Assembly (NCBI GenBank): GCA_038087875.1
Contig: JAXLNO010000356.1
Coordinates: 62,001-126,000, forward strand
DNA from: Malacoraja senta
Lineage: Eukaryota
Length of the DNA stretch: 64,000 nt
Direction: 5' to 3'
The notes under the pieces: model-generated
Databases searched by the model: none
The model's input: only the letters and a program-made list of their open reading frames with translations
Told to the model about the DNA's origin: nothing
Part shown: piece by piece, positions 61,912 through 64,000 of the stretch
Layout of the letters: every line of letters starts with the position of its first letter
How positions within the stretch are numbered: the stretch's first letter is position 1
Made by a program: the position numbers and the translations under genes

Positions 61912-64000
61912 TATATGACCATATAACCATATAACCATATAACCATAACAGCACGGAAACAGGCCATCTCGGCCCTTCAAGTCAGTGCCGAACATTTTTA
62001 AAAAATTTTTTTAAAAATTAAAAATAAATACTTCCCCCTAGTCCCATCTACCTGCACTCAGACCATAACCCTCCATTCCTTTCCCGTCCATATACCCATC
62101 CAATCTATTTTTAAAGGATAACATCGAACCTGCCTCCACCACTTCCACTGGAAGCACATTCCACACAGCTACCACTCTCTGAGTAAAGAAGTTCCCCCTA
62201 ATGTTCCCCCTAAACCTCTGTCCCTTAATTCTCAAGTCATGTCCCCTTGTTTGAATCTTCCCTACTCTCAATGGGAAAAGCTTATCCACGTCCACTCTGT
62301 CTAACCCGCTCATAATTTTAAAGACCTCTATCAAGTCCCCTCTTAACCTTCTGCGCTCCAAAGAATAAAGACCTAACTTGTTCAACCTTTCTCTGTAACT
62401 TAGTTGCTGAAACCCAGGCAACATTCTAGTAAATCTCCTCTGTACTCTCTCTATTTTGTTGACATCCTTCCTATAATTAGGCGACCAAAATTGTACTCCA
62501 TACTCCAGAATTGGCCTCACCAATGCCTTGTACAATTTTAACATTACATCCCAACTTCTATATTCAATGCTCTGATTTATAAAGGCCAGCACATCAAAAG
62601 ATTTCTTTACCACCCTATCTACATGAGATTCCACCTTCAGGGAACTATGCACAGTTATTCCTAGATCCCTCTGTTCAACTGCATTCCTCAATTCGCTACC
62701 ATTTACCGTGTACGTCCTATTTTGATTTGTCCTGCCGAGATGTAGCACCTCACATTTGTCAGCATTAAACTCCATCTGCCATCTTTCAGCCCACTCTTCC
62801 AAATGGCCTAAATCTCTCTGTAGACTTTGAAAATCTACTTCATTATCCACAACACCACCTATCTTAGTATCATCTGCATACTTACTAATCCAATTTTGCA
62901 CACCATCATCCAGATCATTGATGTACATGACAAACAACAGGGGACCCAACACAGACCCCTGAGGCACCCCACTAGTCACCGGCCTCCAACCTGACAAACA
63001 GCCATCCACCATTACTCTCTGGCATCTCCCATTCAGCCACTGTTGAATCCATCTTGCTACTCCACCATTAATACCCAACAATTGAATCTTCTTAACCAAC
63101 CTTCCATGAGGAACCTTGTCAAAGGCCTTACTGAAGTCCATATAGACAACATCCACTGCTTTACCCTCATCAATTTCCCTAGTAACCTCTTCGAAAAATT
63201 CAAGAAGATTAGTCAAGCATGACCTTCCAGGCACAAATCCATGTTGACTGTTCCTAATCAGACCCTGCTTATCCAGATGCTTATATATATTTTAAAGTAT
63301 CCTTTCCATTAATTTGCCCACCACTGACGTCAAACTAACAGGTCTATAATTGCTAGGTTTACTCTTCGAACCCTTTTTAAACAACGGAACAACATGCGCA
63401 GTACGCCAATCCTCCGGCACTATTCCCGTTTCTAATGACATTTGAAATATTTCTGTCATAGCCCCTGCTATTTCTACACTAACTTCCCTCAATGTCCTAG
63501 GTAATATCCTGTCAGGACCTGGAGACTTATCCGTTTTCATATTTTTTAAAAGTGTCCGCACCTCCTCTTCTTTGAATCTCACAGTTTCCATTGCTACTCT
63601 GCTTGTTTCCCTTACCTCACATAATTCCATATCCTTCTCCTTCGTGAATACCGAAGAAAAGAAATTGTTCAATATCTCCCCCATCTCTTTTGGCTCTGCA
63701 GATAGCTGTCCACTCTGACTCTCTAATGGACCAATTTTATTCCTTGTTATCCTTTTGCTATTAATATAGCTGTAGAAACCCTTTGGATTTACTTTCACCT
63801 TACTTGCCAAAGCAACCTCATATCTTCTTTTAGCTTTTCTAATTTCTTTCTTAATATTCTTTTTACATTCTTTATACTCCTCAAGCACCTCATTTACTCC
63901 ATGCTGCCTATAATTATTGTAGATCTCTCTCTTTTTCCAAACCAAGTGTCCAATTTCCCTTGAAAACCATGGCTCTTTCCATTTTTTACTATTTCCTTTC
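61912..64000 (-). mobile_element. Young CR1 LINE ORF2 (RT) and 3' end, continuing past the window
   Basis: 398-aa ORF with [27 protein letters not shown] plus an upstream 217-aa ORF; one break near 63290; (ACCATATA)n tail on +. Confidence 0.95.

Overview
Eukaryotic, repeat-dominated non-coding DNA (intronic or intergenic). The repeat families point to a cartilaginous fish, probably a skate or ray (inference from HE1-like V-SINEs with CR1 partners). No intact host gene was recognised. Contents: two long CR1 LINEs (about 11.9-15.7 kb on +, with an SGNH-esterase ORF1 and a broken APE-RT ORF2; about 61.9-64 kb on -, young) plus many CR1 3' fragments; Rex1/Babar and L2 LINE remnants; tRNA-derived V-SINEs; Penelope-like elements (RT and GIY-YIG remnants) whose ~130-bp terminal repeat carries a minimal hammerhead-ribozyme-like motif and recurs as solo units and fold-back palindromes; eight PIF/Harbinger-type MITEs with TWA target duplications and a shared internal palindrome; one TA-flanked MITE; two (GAA)n-tailed RTE-type insertions; a GC-rich family with Rex1-like tails; a ~0.6-kb tandem duplication around a CR1 piece; a 64-bp inverted repeat in unique DNA; and two candidate host signals (a CCAAT/TATA/splice-donor cluster near 60.2 kb and a 57-bp exon at 38.04 kb). 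Repeat boundaries were read by eye and are approximate unless a TSD or TIR is quoted.
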